From NCBI GenBank assembly GCA_964637135.1, contig CAZWTX010000001.1, forward strand, positions 62,001-126,000: a DNA stretch of 64,000 nucleotides, written 5' to 3'. Under the pieces are notes generated by a model. The model was not told the DNA's origin. It did not search any database and worked only from the letters and a program-made list of their open reading frames with translations. The position numbers and the translations under genes are program-made. Origin of the DNA: an uncultured Methanospirillum sp. (GTDB taxonomy: Archaea > Halobacteriota > Methanomicrobia > Methanomicrobiales > Methanospirillaceae). Within the stretch, counting starts at the first letter, position 1, and each line of letters opens with the position of its first letter. Of this stretch, positions 1 through 9,238 are shown one piece after another.

Positions 1-134
1 AGGATCGGCACCACACCGAAGATGCCGACCGCGGTTGCATAGGCTCCACCAAGGGCACAACTATACCGCGGGGCCTCGATTGCTCCAAGACCATTTTCCG
101 TGGATGGTGCTTCTGCTTCTATAGGGGGTGTCAT
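1..134 (-). CDS. Nitrogenase component-1 beta-like subunit (NifK-like, group IV), 5' fragment; continues beyond the window
   Basis: Hand translation from ATG at 134 gives MTPPIEAEAPSTENGLGAIEAPRYSCALGGAYATAVGIFGVVPI.. PRYSCALGGA corresponds to the first P-cluster Cys motif of NifK-type subunits. The start overlaps the upstream stop (TAATG). Confidence 0.8.
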   Translation of the reverse strand, partial: MTPPIEAEAPSTENGLGAIEAPRYSCALGGAYATAVGIFGVVPI

Positions 135-1687
135 TATTCTGCCTCTTTTATCAGGTAGTAGAGCGGGTCAGGCTGGGCATAGAACCACTCCTTGTAACTG
201 TCGGCGGTCTTCTCCTTGAGAGTCTTCTGGAATGCCGAACTCTTCAGGGACTGGAGCAGGAAGTTACCGTAGGCGACTGCTCCCGTGTACCCGCTCTGGG
301 TGCTCCACGGGTGCGGATCTCCTCTCAGTGCATGAATCCTGGTCATTCCCTTCTCACGCTTGTACGCTCCTCCCTGGAACGGGCAGGAGAGGGTCAGGTC
401 GGGGTCAACCTTCCGAGTGATATGTGCCTGTTCGGCAGCCTGGAAGGTATTGATCAGGAGATCGAAGTCACCGATCCGTTTCACGAGATCCTCAAGCTCC
501 TCAAGGATCAGGTTGTCATAGTCCTGGGACATGGCAGCCGGCGATGCGATCCCGAGTTCGTCGAAGTACGGGAGCTGGGCAAGGAGCCGCCCCTGTCCGA
601 GGGATCCAAGAACCGAGAGTTTTCTCCCCTTTTCCTCGGCAATCCGGTCGAACTCTGCCCTGATGGCATGAAGTTTCGGCTTCCAGGTCGCATGCTCCTC
701 GGTGATGAGGTTCTCAATCTCTACTTCCTTTCCAGTGTATTTTCCGATCTCACGAAGCCATCCGTCGGTGTTGGCAAATCCCATCGGGGACGGGTAGAGG
801 AAGAACGGAACCCCGTGCTCCTGTTCAAGGCCGCGAGAGATATAGTCGGTATAGGTCGGGCAGAGCGGTGCCGTTACGGCAGCAGATGAGAGCTGCTGGA
901 ACTGCTCGACGGTTGCAAACTCCGGAACCAGGTTTGCCCGGAGACCTACTTTTCCGAGCAGGCGCTGCACTTCCATCCGGTCCTGCCAGGTATAGGAGAG
1001 CATGCTCGCGACGTTGACCAGGTCGGGCTGTTTCTCCGTGGGCTTCTTGACCAGGTACTTCAGGATGGCATGCCAGAAGGCATCGTATCCGGTCTGGACA
1101 AGCCGGGATCTGACTCCCTCACAATGAACCGGAACCAGGGTTGATTTGATGTGGGGCTGCACATCGGCAACCACTCCTTCAATATCCTCCCCGATGATCC
1201 CGGTCGTACAGGAGGTCAGGATGAAGATTGCCTTCGGGTCATATCTCCGCTCGGCCTCAAGGATCGCCTTCTTGAGCTTGTCTCCGGCCCCGTAGACCAC
1301 GTCCTGCTCCCGCAGGTTGGTGGTCATCCAGTGCATTTCGTAATTGGCTGGTCTGCCAAACTCGACTGGAACCCCCCGGTAGAGTTCCCGGTATCCAAGG
1401 GCGGAAGAGGAACATCCAACCGGTGCATGGAAGATCGTTGCCGCATCACGGATGGTCGAGATCCGGACCGAGAGGTAGAAGTTGAGGGAACAGCCGGACG
1501 TCTGCTGAAATCCCCGTTCATGGTTCTTCAGGCAGCCGCCTTTGGCCTGCTCCACGAGCTCGCTTGCCTTTCCGTAGAAGATGTTGACTCCTCCGGCACG
1601 TTGCTCCCGGTTTGGACAGGTCGGCTGGGAAAGATCGATCTTGCGCTCGAAGTACTCCTTCTCCGCCTCTTCAGTATTTTTGTACAT
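134..1687 (-). CDS. Nitrogenase component-1 alpha-like subunit (NifD/NifE-like, group IV nitrogenase-like reductase)
   Basis: 517 aa with three P-cluster-type Cys motifs (QTSGC, HAPVGC, TSCTTGIIGEDI), a cofactor-Cys motif (PLCPTY) and a late His (RIHAL). Lies directly downstream of the nifH-like gene. Confidence 0.9.
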   Translation of the reverse strand: MYKNTEEAEKEYFERKIDLSQPTCPNREQRAGGVNIFYGKASELVEQAKGGCLKNHERGFQQTSGCSLNFYLSVRISTIRDAATIFHAPVGCSSSALGYRELYRGVPVEFGRPANYEMHWMTTNLREQDVVYGAGDKLKKAILEAERRYDPKAIFILTSCTTGIIGEDIEGVVADVQPHIKSTLVPVHCEGVRSRLVQTGYDAFWHAILKYLVKKPTEKQPDLVNVASMLSYTWQDRMEVQRLLGKVGLRANLVPEFATVEQFQQLSSAAVTAPLCPTYTDYISRGLEQEHGVPFFLYPSPMGFANTDGWLREIGKYTGKEVEIENLITEEHATWKPKLHAIRAEFDRIAEEKGRKLSVLGSLGQGRLLAQLPYFDELGIASPAAMSQDYDNLILEELEDLVKRIGDFDLLINTFQAAEQAHITRKVDPDLTLSCPFQGGAYKREKGMTRIHALRGDPHPWSTQSGYTGAVAYGNFLLQSLKSSAFQKTLKEKTADSYKEWFYAQPDPLYYLIKEAE

Positions 1688-1695
1688 GTTTGCTC

Positions 1696-2598
1696 CTATC
1701 TGGCCCTGACCGACTCGGCAGACCGGGCATTGCCCGGCTGCACGGTCAGTTCATTATCTGTCTTCGTCTCGAGCAGCCGGTCAGACCAGGACTCTGCCCA
1801 TGCCTTCAATTCATCAGCCTCGAGTGGTTTTGGTACATACCGCTCCTCATTGCCGAGAATGGTTCTCGCCAGGATCCGGTATTTCTCTGCCTGTTCGGAA
1901 TCAGGATCGTATTCTACCGCCGTCTGTCCACGCAGTTCGCTCCTCGTGATCGTGGGAGACCGCGGGATGTATCCGGCTATGGTGGTTGAGGTCTTTGCGG
2001 CAAAGTCATCGATGATCTCCCTCTGGACATCGAGGACGACAGAGTTCGCGATCACTCCTGAGAAGAGTGCCCCGCCGCTGTTTGCATACTTGCGAATCCC
2101 CTTGAAGAGATTGTTTGCCGCATATACTGCCATGAAGTCTGCTGAGGTGACCGTATAAACCTGCTCGGCAACCCCTTCACGGATCGGAACCGAGAATCCG
2201 CCACAGACAACATCCCCGAGGACGTCGTACAGGACGACATCCGGCTTAAACAGCTCGAAGACCTTCTTTTGCCTGAGCAGTTCGATAGCCGCGATGATCC
2301 CCCGGCCGGCACAGCCGACTCCGGGCTCCGGACCGCCTGCCTCGATACAGAGGACGCCGCCAAATCCTTCATGGACGATGTCCTCCACCTCTACTTTTTT
2401 GCCACTTCGTATAGCATCGAGTACGGAGGGGATGGATGCACCGCCACGGAGGTTATTTGTGGAATCACTCTTCGGGTCACAGCCGATCTGCATCACGGTC
2501 AGGCCCATATCTGCAAGGGCTGCACTGATATTGGATGTCGTAGTCGACTTTCCGATTCCGCCTTTTCCGTAGATAGCGATGTTCCTCTGTTTTGTCAT
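1696..2598 (-). CDS. nifH: Nitrogenase iron protein-like reductase (NifH family)
   Basis: YGKGGIGKST P-loop, GCDPKSDST, EAGGPEPGVGCAGRG and DVLGDVVCGGF motifs; GGAGGG RBS upstream of the ATG. Confidence 0.95.
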   Translation of the reverse strand: MTKQRNIAIYGKGGIGKSTTTSNISAALADMGLTVMQIGCDPKSDSTNNLRGGASIPSVLDAIRSGKKVEVEDIVHEGFGGVLCIEAGGPEPGVGCAGRGIIAAIELLRQKKVFELFKPDVVLYDVLGDVVCGGFSVPIREGVAEQVYTVTSADFMAVYAANNLFKGIRKYANSGGALFSGVIANSVVLDVQREIIDDFAAKTSTTIAGYIPRSPTITRSELRGQTAVEYDPDSEQAEKYRILARTILGNEERYVPKPLEADELKAWAESWSDRLLETKTDNELTVQPGNARSAESVRAR

Positions 2599-2717
2599 AA
2601 ACCCTCCAGGGTCTTACCATACATTTGTCAGCCCGGTATGGGTTATAGAGCGGTAAATGAGCAAAAAATGGCGATACTTTCTAAAAACAGAAAAGATGCG
2701 GCAATACCTGCCTCCCG

Positions 2718-3020
2718 TCAGATCAGTTCGGCACTGTCACATATCAGGATGGAAAGATTGCAGCAGTGATCAGAAAAGTCGATGAAACTCAGAAGATTTG
2801 TTGAGATCTCGGCTTTTAAGGATGGAGGGAGGTAAATGCGGATCAGGAGGAGCGGTAGATTTTCTCTCCGCTGAAGGATGACCAGATCCCGGATCTCTCC
2901 TATCAGAATCGGGAGGGTCACCCGCCGGATGATCCTGATGTGCCCGGTGTTTTCGGAATCTATCCAGCATCGGAGGGAACCGGTCCGGCTGATGATTCTA
3001 ACCCCGTCCGACCCCTCCAT
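2718..3020 (-). CDS. Hypothetical protein (100 aa)
   Basis: Starts 8 nt after the larE stop on the same strand and fills the gap toward nifH; no recognisable motif. Confidence 0.4.
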   Translation of the reverse strand: MEGSDGVRIISRTGSLRCWIDSENTGHIRIIRRVTLPILIGEIRDLVILQRRENLPLLLIRIYLPPSLKAEISTNLLSFIDFSDHCCNLSILICDSAELI

Positions 3021-3028
3021 TCAGATCC

Positions 3029-3853
3029 CTACTCTCCGATGGCTTCGTCCATGCTTCCGGGGCGGTACCCGGTGAGATCCATACTGACATAGACAAATCC
3101 GGCTGCTTTGAGTGCGCTTAGGATCTTCTCCCGATGAGCGATCACGTTCGCAAATTCTGCTGGGAGAACCTCTATCCGGGCGATATCTCCGTGATGGCGA
3201 ACCCTGACCTGGCTGAAACCGATCTGTTTCAGGTACTCTTCGGCAGTCTCGATCATCCGGAGTTTCTCTTCGGTGATGGCAGTTCCGTATGGAATCCGGG
3301 AAAAGAGGCATGCAGCCGATGGCTTGTTCCAGAATGGAATATCCAGGCTTTTTGCGATCTCCCTGATATCCTGCTTGGTGATCCCGGCCATGATGAACGG
3401 ATGAAGAACTCCACAGGAGGTGAAGGCATCAATCCCCGGTCGGTGCTCGGAAAGATCGGATGCATTTGCCCCGTCAAAAATCCCTTCTGCCCCGATCTCG
3501 GTGGCTACGTTCTGTAACGCTGGGAAGATCCCGAGTTTGCAGTGCCGGCACCGGTCATGGGGGTTCTCGGCCATAATCTCCGGGGAGAGGGGCATTGTGG
3601 TCAGGACCCTGAGAGGTAGATGATAGGTCTCTGCGATCTGCCTGGCTGCTGCTGCTTCAGTCCGGGGTACTTCCGGACCATCGAGGAAAAGGCAGACAAC
3701 CCGGTCAGATCCGATCTCCTGTTCTGCAAGGATCGCAAGAAGGCTGCTGTCCACACCGCCGGAGAATGCGACGACCACCGGGGCATGGCCCCGGATAATT
3801 CCCCTGAGTATATTCAGTTTCTCTTCGATCGCCGTTCCAGTGGTTGTCATCAT
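3029..3853 (-). CDS. larE: ATP-dependent sulfur transferase LarE (PP-loop family)
   Basis: AFSGGVDS PP-loop, CRHCK, DGANASD..RPG, PSAACLFSRIPYG and RVRHHGDIARIEV motifs; ATGA overlap with thiI. Confidence 0.92.
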   Translation of the reverse strand: MMTTTGTAIEEKLNILRGIIRGHAPVVVAFSGGVDSSLLAILAEQEIGSDRVVCLFLDGPEVPRTEAAAARQIAETYHLPLRVLTTMPLSPEIMAENPHDRCRHCKLGIFPALQNVATEIGAEGIFDGANASDLSEHRPGIDAFTSCGVLHPFIMAGITKQDIREIAKSLDIPFWNKPSAACLFSRIPYGTAITEEKLRMIETAEEYLKQIGFSQVRVRHHGDIARIEVLPAEFANVIAHREKILSALKAAGFVYVSMDLTGYRPGSMDEAIGE

Positions 3854-4971
3854 CGCTCCCTGCCTTTCAGATCTGTAACCGCTGCTTCAAGTGCTTCTGC
3901 CTTCTCAGCCGTGCAGGTGGTCGCCGGTCTGAACGGAATCGTGCAGCAGCAGGACGGGACGGGAAGGATAGATGGTTCAAAGGTGCCTATCCTGCGGGCG
4001 ATCAGGATCGTCTCCTCCTTGTCAAACCCGATCAGGGGTCGGTATACCGGCAGGGAGACCGACCGGTCTATCGCAGCGAGGTTGTCTGCGGTCTGGGATG
4101 CGACCTGCGCCAGGGATTCCCCGGTGATGATACCGTTCGCCTTCCGTTCCCTGGCGATGGTTTCAGCCGTCCGGTAGAGATGCCTTTTGCAGAGGACGCA
4201 GGAATACCGTTCCAGGTCCATCTTTCTGAGGAGCATCCGGTTCTCGTAGACGGTGCTGTCTTCGATGACGATAAGATTTATCTCCGGCTGGTATACTTTC
4301 AGCACGTCCACGAGGATCCTGACCCGTTCTTCGGAACGGTCGTCATGGAACGGATGGATCCGGATATATACCGGAATGATAAAGACCCCCCGTTTCATCA
4401 TCAGGTAGGTCGCAACCGGGGAGTCGATGCCCCCGGAGAGGAGGCTGACCATCGTTCCGGCAGATCCGCCCGGAAGTCCCCCGGGGCCGACAAACTCCTC
4501 ATGAAAGAGATACGCATTATTCTCCCTGATCTCGATCCGGAGGGTGAAGTCCGGCTCTTTCAGGTTAACCCTGAGATCCGGCCACCTTGCGCAGACAGCT
4601 GCCCCGATCTCCCCAGCAATCTCCTGGGAGGTAAAGGGATGCGTCCCCACCCGGTGGACCCGGACGGCAAAGGTCCGGACATTCCCGCATCCTGCCTCCT
4701 CTGCATACCTGACCGCATCAGGGATGAGGGTCTTGACAGTTGTTTTTCTGCACGGGGAGTACGAGGCTATCCCGAAGGTGTGTTCCAGAACATCCTTCTC
4801 CACCGCTCCGGTAATCCATATACGGCCACGCTCCCGGGTGACCATGGCATCCGGCATCCGCTTCGCAAGAGCGGTCTGGAGCATCTTCTCCCATGACCGG
4901 CGGACGGGTTCACTTTTTAAGAAGATCTCTGAATATCTGACCAGCCAGAGATCCGGTGTCATATGAGTCAT
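3850..4971 (-). CDS. thiI: tRNA 4-thiouridine synthase ThiI (methanogen type, no rhodanese domain)
   Basis: VRYSEIFLKS N-terminus, THUMP region, LLSGGIDSPVA PP-loop, CVLCKR, TGESLAQVASQT, RPLIGFDKEE and a C-terminal CCC. Confidence 0.95.
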   Translation of the reverse strand: MTHMTPDLWLVRYSEIFLKSEPVRRSWEKMLQTALAKRMPDAMVTRERGRIWITGAVEKDVLEHTFGIASYSPCRKTTVKTLIPDAVRYAEEAGCGNVRTFAVRVHRVGTHPFTSQEIAGEIGAAVCARWPDLRVNLKEPDFTLRIEIRENNAYLFHEEFVGPGGLPGGSAGTMVSLLSGGIDSPVATYLMMKRGVFIIPVYIRIHPFHDDRSEERVRILVDVLKVYQPEINLIVIEDSTVYENRMLLRKMDLERYSCVLCKRHLYRTAETIARERKANGIITGESLAQVASQTADNLAAIDRSVSLPVYRPLIGFDKEETILIARRIGTFEPSILPVPSCCCTIPFRPATTCTAEKAEALEAAVTDLKGRER

Positions 4972-4981
4972 ACAGAAGAGA

Positions 4982-5052
4982 AGCCAGCGCCCGGAATCGA
5001 ACCGGGCTTCGCTGATCTGCAGTCAGCCGCATAGCCTATCTGCCACGCTGGC
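4982..5052 (-). tRNA. tRNA-Cys (GCA)
   Basis: Reverse complement folds as a cloverleaf: acceptor GCCAGCG/CGCTGGC, anticodon arm GCTGA-CTGCAGA-TCAGC, T arm CCCGG-TTCGATT-CCGGG, discriminator U, no encoded CCA. Confidence 0.97.
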
Positions 5053-5266
5053 ATCGCAGGATAATCTGCTGCGGAAACAGAGGTCGCTCTGACAGGGGAA
5101 AAAGCGTGAGATAGCGGTAAAAACTGCCGGCTTGCAGAAAAGCCTGGTTGTTCCTGACAGGGAACCGGTGCTCTCTTCATACATACTGAATATGTTTTTT
5201 CCGGGGATTTGATTCCTGGAAATTTCATGTATTGAACCCGTGAGGATACGAAAAAAACGGGATCTT

Positions 5267-6991
5267 TCAGCTCCCGTTCCCCGGGATAATCCTCCCTCCC
5301 GTTTCAGGGTGAACCGGTGTGGGCAGTACCTTTAGATATCCGATGAAGGCATCGACATCAAGAGGGCCATATTCAATGATCTCTCCTTCCTGCATCACGG
5401 TGTATCCGTCACCCCCGTATGCGAGGAAATCCTGTACTGCCACGGTATACCGGGTATCCATGCCGATTTCATTCCCATTGATGGTAATATTCAGGATCCG
5501 ATCTGCCGGATTCAGGGATGGATTGTACCGATACGAGAACCCTGAAATCTGGAGATAGTGGTCAGGTTTTACGGTCCGGGTCCACTGCTGGATCAGAAGA
5601 TCGCGGATTTGCCTGCCGGTGAGGCTGACGATCAGCACCTGGTCATGGAAGGGGAGGGCAGCATATGCCATACTGGTCGTGATATTTCCTGACGGGATAT
5701 CTGCCCGGACAGAACCGATATTCGTTATAGCGATATCGCTCTTCATTGACCATCGGAAGGCATCAGTCACGAGATTGTAGAGGGAAGATTCACCGGATTG
5801 ATCCAGATCCCGGGTCTGAGGTACATCCGAGATCGTAATACTCCCGTTCATGAGGGGACCCACCGTGGAAGTAACCCTATCAAGGAGCCTCTCTTCCCCG
5901 GGATACGGATCAGAACCGGGTGGCCGGTCGGCATATGCCGGGACAATCGTGGCTGAAGAAGCGATGATATCCCGTGTTTCAGGATCCAGGGAGAGACTGA
6001 TATCTGCATATGCCTTTCCCGCTGAGTACGCCTGGGTTACCAGGGTCCGGTTTCCACCGGCATTCGGGACAAACTGATTTGTAAATTCTTTCGAGTGGGC
6101 TGAAAGGACCACGTCGACATCCCCATCCAGGCGGGCAACAATATCGGCCGCTTTTCCGGAGAAATCCCCGTCCGATCTGGTCTGCCCGTCATACGGCGTC
6201 TGGTTCCCGCCTTCGTGAAGGAGAACGACAAATGCATGGATACCGCTGTGCTGTAGCTCCGCGATCTGCCGGTTGATGGAACCGGCTTCGTCCCGAATCC
6301 TGATACCGGCAACATTCTCATATTTTGAAATCTCCATCGTCTCGGTGGTAATTGCTCCGATGAATGCAATCGGGATTCCGTTGACATACCCGATCTCATA
6401 CGGAGTGAGATATAACGTATCAGAACCATTCAGGTACACATTCGCCGCTGTTACAGGCCAGAACGCTCCCGGGTAGGGATCAACAGGACGGGTGATCGTG
6501 GTACCTTCGTTTCCGCCGGAAAGAAGCCGGGATAATTCGATGAGGTTGCGGTCAAACTCGTGGTTTCCGAGGGTGGCGATAACCCGGACACCGGTCGGTT
6601 TTGCATTTTCAGGACTTGCCCAGTCAGACCTGACAAATCCGTTCCAGAAGAGGATGGTCGGTTCGTCAAGGAGCAGGGCCGATTCAGGAGGAGATCCACC
6701 GGTTATATCCCCCGGCAGAGCGATAAACGTGTTTTCGGCTCCGTACCGGTTGATCGTATCCCGAAGGCAGGCACCCAGGACCGGGGCACTGCCGGCAGGG
6801 ATCCCGTTCAGGGTCTGCCCGGAAGTGATCTGTCCCTGGAAATCATTTACTGCAAGAATATGGACCGGTACCGGCTCCCGGGCAATTCCGGCTGCTCCGG
6901 AGGAAACCAGGATGCAAAGAATCAGTATTGGTATGATAATCAGGGAATATCTCCTATTTCTGGTTATTCCGGGGAAGATTTCATATTCCAT
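5267..6991 (-). CDS. Secreted metallophosphoesterase / 5'-nucleotidase (UshA family)
   Basis: Signal-like hydrophobic N-terminus, NDFQG, GD, LGNHEFD and LLHEGG motifs, and a C-terminal 5'-nucleotidase domain (FLAYGGDGY). Start could be 6991 or 7045. Confidence 0.9.
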   Translation of the reverse strand: MEYEIFPGITRNRRYSLIIIPILILCILVSSGAAGIAREPVPVHILAVNDFQGQITSGQTLNGIPAGSAPVLGACLRDTINRYGAENTFIALPGDITGGSPPESALLLDEPTILFWNGFVRSDWASPENAKPTGVRVIATLGNHEFDRNLIELSRLLSGGNEGTTITRPVDPYPGAFWPVTAANVYLNGSDTLYLTPYEIGYVNGIPIAFIGAITTETMEISKYENVAGIRIRDEAGSINRQIAELQHSGIHAFVVLLHEGGNQTPYDGQTRSDGDFSGKAADIVARLDGDVDVVLSAHSKEFTNQFVPNAGGNRTLVTQAYSAGKAYADISLSLDPETRDIIASSATIVPAYADRPPGSDPYPGEERLLDRVTSTVGPLMNGSITISDVPQTRDLDQSGESSLYNLVTDAFRWSMKSDIAITNIGSVRADIPSGNITTSMAYAALPFHDQVLIVSLTGRQIRDLLIQQWTRTVKPDHYLQISGFSYRYNPSLNPADRILNITINGNEIGMDTRYTVAVQDFLAYGGDGYTVMQEGEIIEYGPLDVDAFIGYLKVLPTPVHPETGGRIIPGNGS

Positions 6992-7306
6992 TACTGGATG
7001 TTTCTGCCTGAAAGAGATGAAAGGGTGGGAAATGATCTCATGCAATGATCTCAGAAAGATAGGATCAATCGGGTGTTGAAGAATTTGTATAGGTAAAAGA
7101 CGACACTCCTTTCTGGTTTTAAGATCTATCAGTTGTATGAAGACCCGGTCTGATAAGGCTGGAGAAGATCATCGAATACAAATGATCCTCCTCCCTTCCT
7201 CTCCGGTATACCACAATGGAGATCCTATTCATCATGAACCGGGAACAATATGGGATTTTTCCGAGAAAAATGATATTTGGGTTATCCCCGCACATGAAAT
7301 TCAACT

Positions 7307-7651
7307 ATGATGGATCACCTGTACACCCTTCTGAAATTCATCGTCGCCGGCGGTATCATTGTGGGAGTTACCTACATCGCCCGGTATGTTGATCCAAAGT
7401 ACGGTGGGATCCTTGCCGCTGCCCCGATAACAACCACACTTGCCATTCTCTTTACATCTGTCGAGATTGGACACGAAGGAACACGGCAGCTGGTCATGGG
7501 ATCTTTTTATTTTGCCCTGCCATCGCTTGTCTTCCTCCTGGCACTCTTTCTCCTGATGGGCAGACTCTCCCTTCTCCCTGCCATCGGACTATCATATCTG
7601 GTCTGGCTTACCGGGGTTATCCTCATGCAGCGCTTTATCGCAAATTTTTAA
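7307..7651 (+). CDS. Small four-TM membrane protein (DUF3147/GlpM-like)
   Basis: 114 aa, four hydrophobic segments, KF..GG and GGILAAAP motifs. Confidence 0.75.
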   Translation: MMDHLYTLLKFIVAGGIIVGVTYIARYVDPKYGGILAAAPITTTLAILFTSVEIGHEGTRQLVMGSFYFALPSLVFLLALFLLMGRLSLLPAIGLSYLVWLTGVILMQRFIANF

Positions 7652-8454
7652 TCAGGATATTCCCCGCCAGGTATATCCTGTTCGCCTGCCCGCTCACCGA
7701 TGTCTGTTCTGAGCAGGTCTGAAATTTCACTGATTCTGTTTGAACAGGCTTCACCGGCCAGGTGCCTCGGGTGGCTCTCCTTAACCTGGATTTCTGCCCT
7801 GATGATCGCCGGTCTCGGGGAGAGGATGAGTATCCTATCGGCGAGGTATACTGCTTCCTCGGGGTTATGGGTGACAACAAGGAACGTGGTATCCAGATGA
7901 TCACGAATTCGGAGTACCTCATCCTGGAGTTCCCGCCGGGCCACAGGATCAAGGGCACTGAACGGTTCATCCATCAAAAGCACGTCAGGTTCGATGGCAA
8001 GCGCCCGGGCAACCGCAACCCGTTGTTTCATCCCTCCGGAGAGCTGGTGGGGATAGGCGTGTGCAAATTCTTCCATATGCACAAGAGAGAGCAGTCCGGT
8101 TATCTTCTCCGCCGTTCTATCAACCGGTTTTCTCCTGATCTTCATGTTCAGGCCATATGCAATATTCTCTGCAACCGTGAGCCAGGGAAAAAGCCCGTGT
8201 TCCTGGAAAACCATTGCAGTACTGATGGGTAACGAACGTGTTCCACCCCCGGAGACGATACCACAGTCCGCAGATTCAAGCCCGGCAAGAATTCGCAGAA
8301 CGGTCGATTTCCCACATCCTGACGGACCCATCAGGCAGACGATCTCCCGCTTCCCGATCGTACAGGAGATATCCCTGATGGCTTTCACCGAACCCTGCTC
8401 GCTGGTGAACTCCTTTGAGATACCCTCAAGGACGAGTGCTGCATCCATGCTCAT
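7648..8454 (-). CDS. ABC transporter ATP-binding protein (nitrate/sulfonate/taurine family)
   Basis: GPSGCGKST, VFQEHGLFPWLTV, YPHQLSGGMKQR and LLMDEPFSALD motifs. Confidence 0.95.
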   Translation of the reverse strand: MSMDAALVLEGISKEFTSEQGSVKAIRDISCTIGKREIVCLMGPSGCGKSTVLRILAGLESADCGIVSGGGTRSLPISTAMVFQEHGLFPWLTVAENIAYGLNMKIRRKPVDRTAEKITGLLSLVHMEEFAHAYPHQLSGGMKQRVAVARALAIEPDVLLMDEPFSALDPVARRELQDEVLRIRDHLDTTFLVVTHNPEEAVYLADRILILSPRPAIIRAEIQVKESHPRHLAGEACSNRISEISDLLRTDIGERAGEQDIPGGEYPD

Positions 8455-8467
8455 CGTGAACCTCCGG

Positions 8468-9238
8468 TCATTCCTTTCCCTGCCAGGAGAAGAGTCTGGC
8501 CTGGCCGAGCCTGAAGAGATAATCTGACACTATTCCGATGATCCCGATCATAATCATCCCTGCAACGATCACCTGGATCTGCCCGAGATTGTAGGCAAAC
8601 ATGATCAGGTACCCAAGTCCGGCACTTGTTCCGGGGAGCATCTCGGCAGCCACGACACACATCCATGCAACCCCGAATGCCAGGCGGAACCCGGTCCATA
8701 CTGCCGGAAGAGCCCCGGGGATGACCACCGTCTGGAACGTCTCCCCGGTTGTTGCCCCGAGCGACCGGGCAACATCCAGCCAGCTGGCCCTGACACTCCT
8801 GACACCCTCGATCGTACTGATCAGGATCGGGAAGAACGAACCGATCAGGATGATAAAGATGATCGAACCGAACCCGATCTTGAACCAGGCGATGGCGAGC
8901 GGCATCCATGCAATCGGTGGGACGGGTCTCAGGATCTGGATAAGCGGGTTCACATACTCCTCGGCATTCTTCGACCAACCGCACAGCAGCCCTGCCGGTA
9001 CGGCGATGATTACCGCCAGGACGAACCCGGTGAGTACCCGCTCCAGGCTGATAACCGCATTTTCGGTGAGTGATGCTCCCCCGAAGAGTGATACCTCCGG
9101 GTGAAGGAGCACCGGGAGAATCTCTTCCCACCCGGGGAGGATGAAACTGTTGTTCACCTGAATCGAGACTATCTGCCAGATGATGAGAACCAGTACCGGC
9201 AGAGCCAGTCCCTTGATGATCCTCCGGGGAAGAATCAT
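8468..9238 (-). CDS. ABC transporter permease (SsuC/TauC-like)
   Basis: SLERVLTGF, LRPVPPIAWMPLAIAWF, ARSLGA (EAA loop) and AWMCVVAAEM..GLGYLI motifs. Confidence 0.95.
   Translation of the reverse strand: MILPRRIIKGLALPVLVLIIWQIVSIQVNNSFILPGWEEILPVLLHPEVSLFGGASLTENAVISLERVLTGFVLAVIIAVPAGLLCGWSKNAEEYVNPLIQILRPVPPIAWMPLAIAWFKIGFGSIIFIILIGSFFPILISTIEGVRSVRASWLDVARSLGATTGETFQTVVIPGALPAVWTGFRLAFGVAWMCVVAAEMLPGTSAGLGYLIMFAYNLGQIQVIVAGMIMIGIIGIVSDYLFRLGQARLFSWQGKE

Noticed and set aside
134..2598. Canonical Mo-nitrogenase nifHDK
   Set aside because: No nifI1/nifI2 between H and D, Gln191 and His195 equivalents appear lost, and no NrpR box was found upstream.
134..2598. Coenzyme F430 reductase cfbCD
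   Set aside because: The alpha-like protein is 517 aa and is followed by a distinct beta-like gene, whereas CfbD is shorter and homodimeric.
128..4896. Long plus-strand ORFs 128-889, 1151-2158 and 3844-4896
   Set aside because: They are antisense shadows of well-supported minus-strand genes and have no motifs.
4968..5228. 86-aa ORF upstream of thiI
   Set aside because: It runs through the tRNA-Cys gene and has no protein features.
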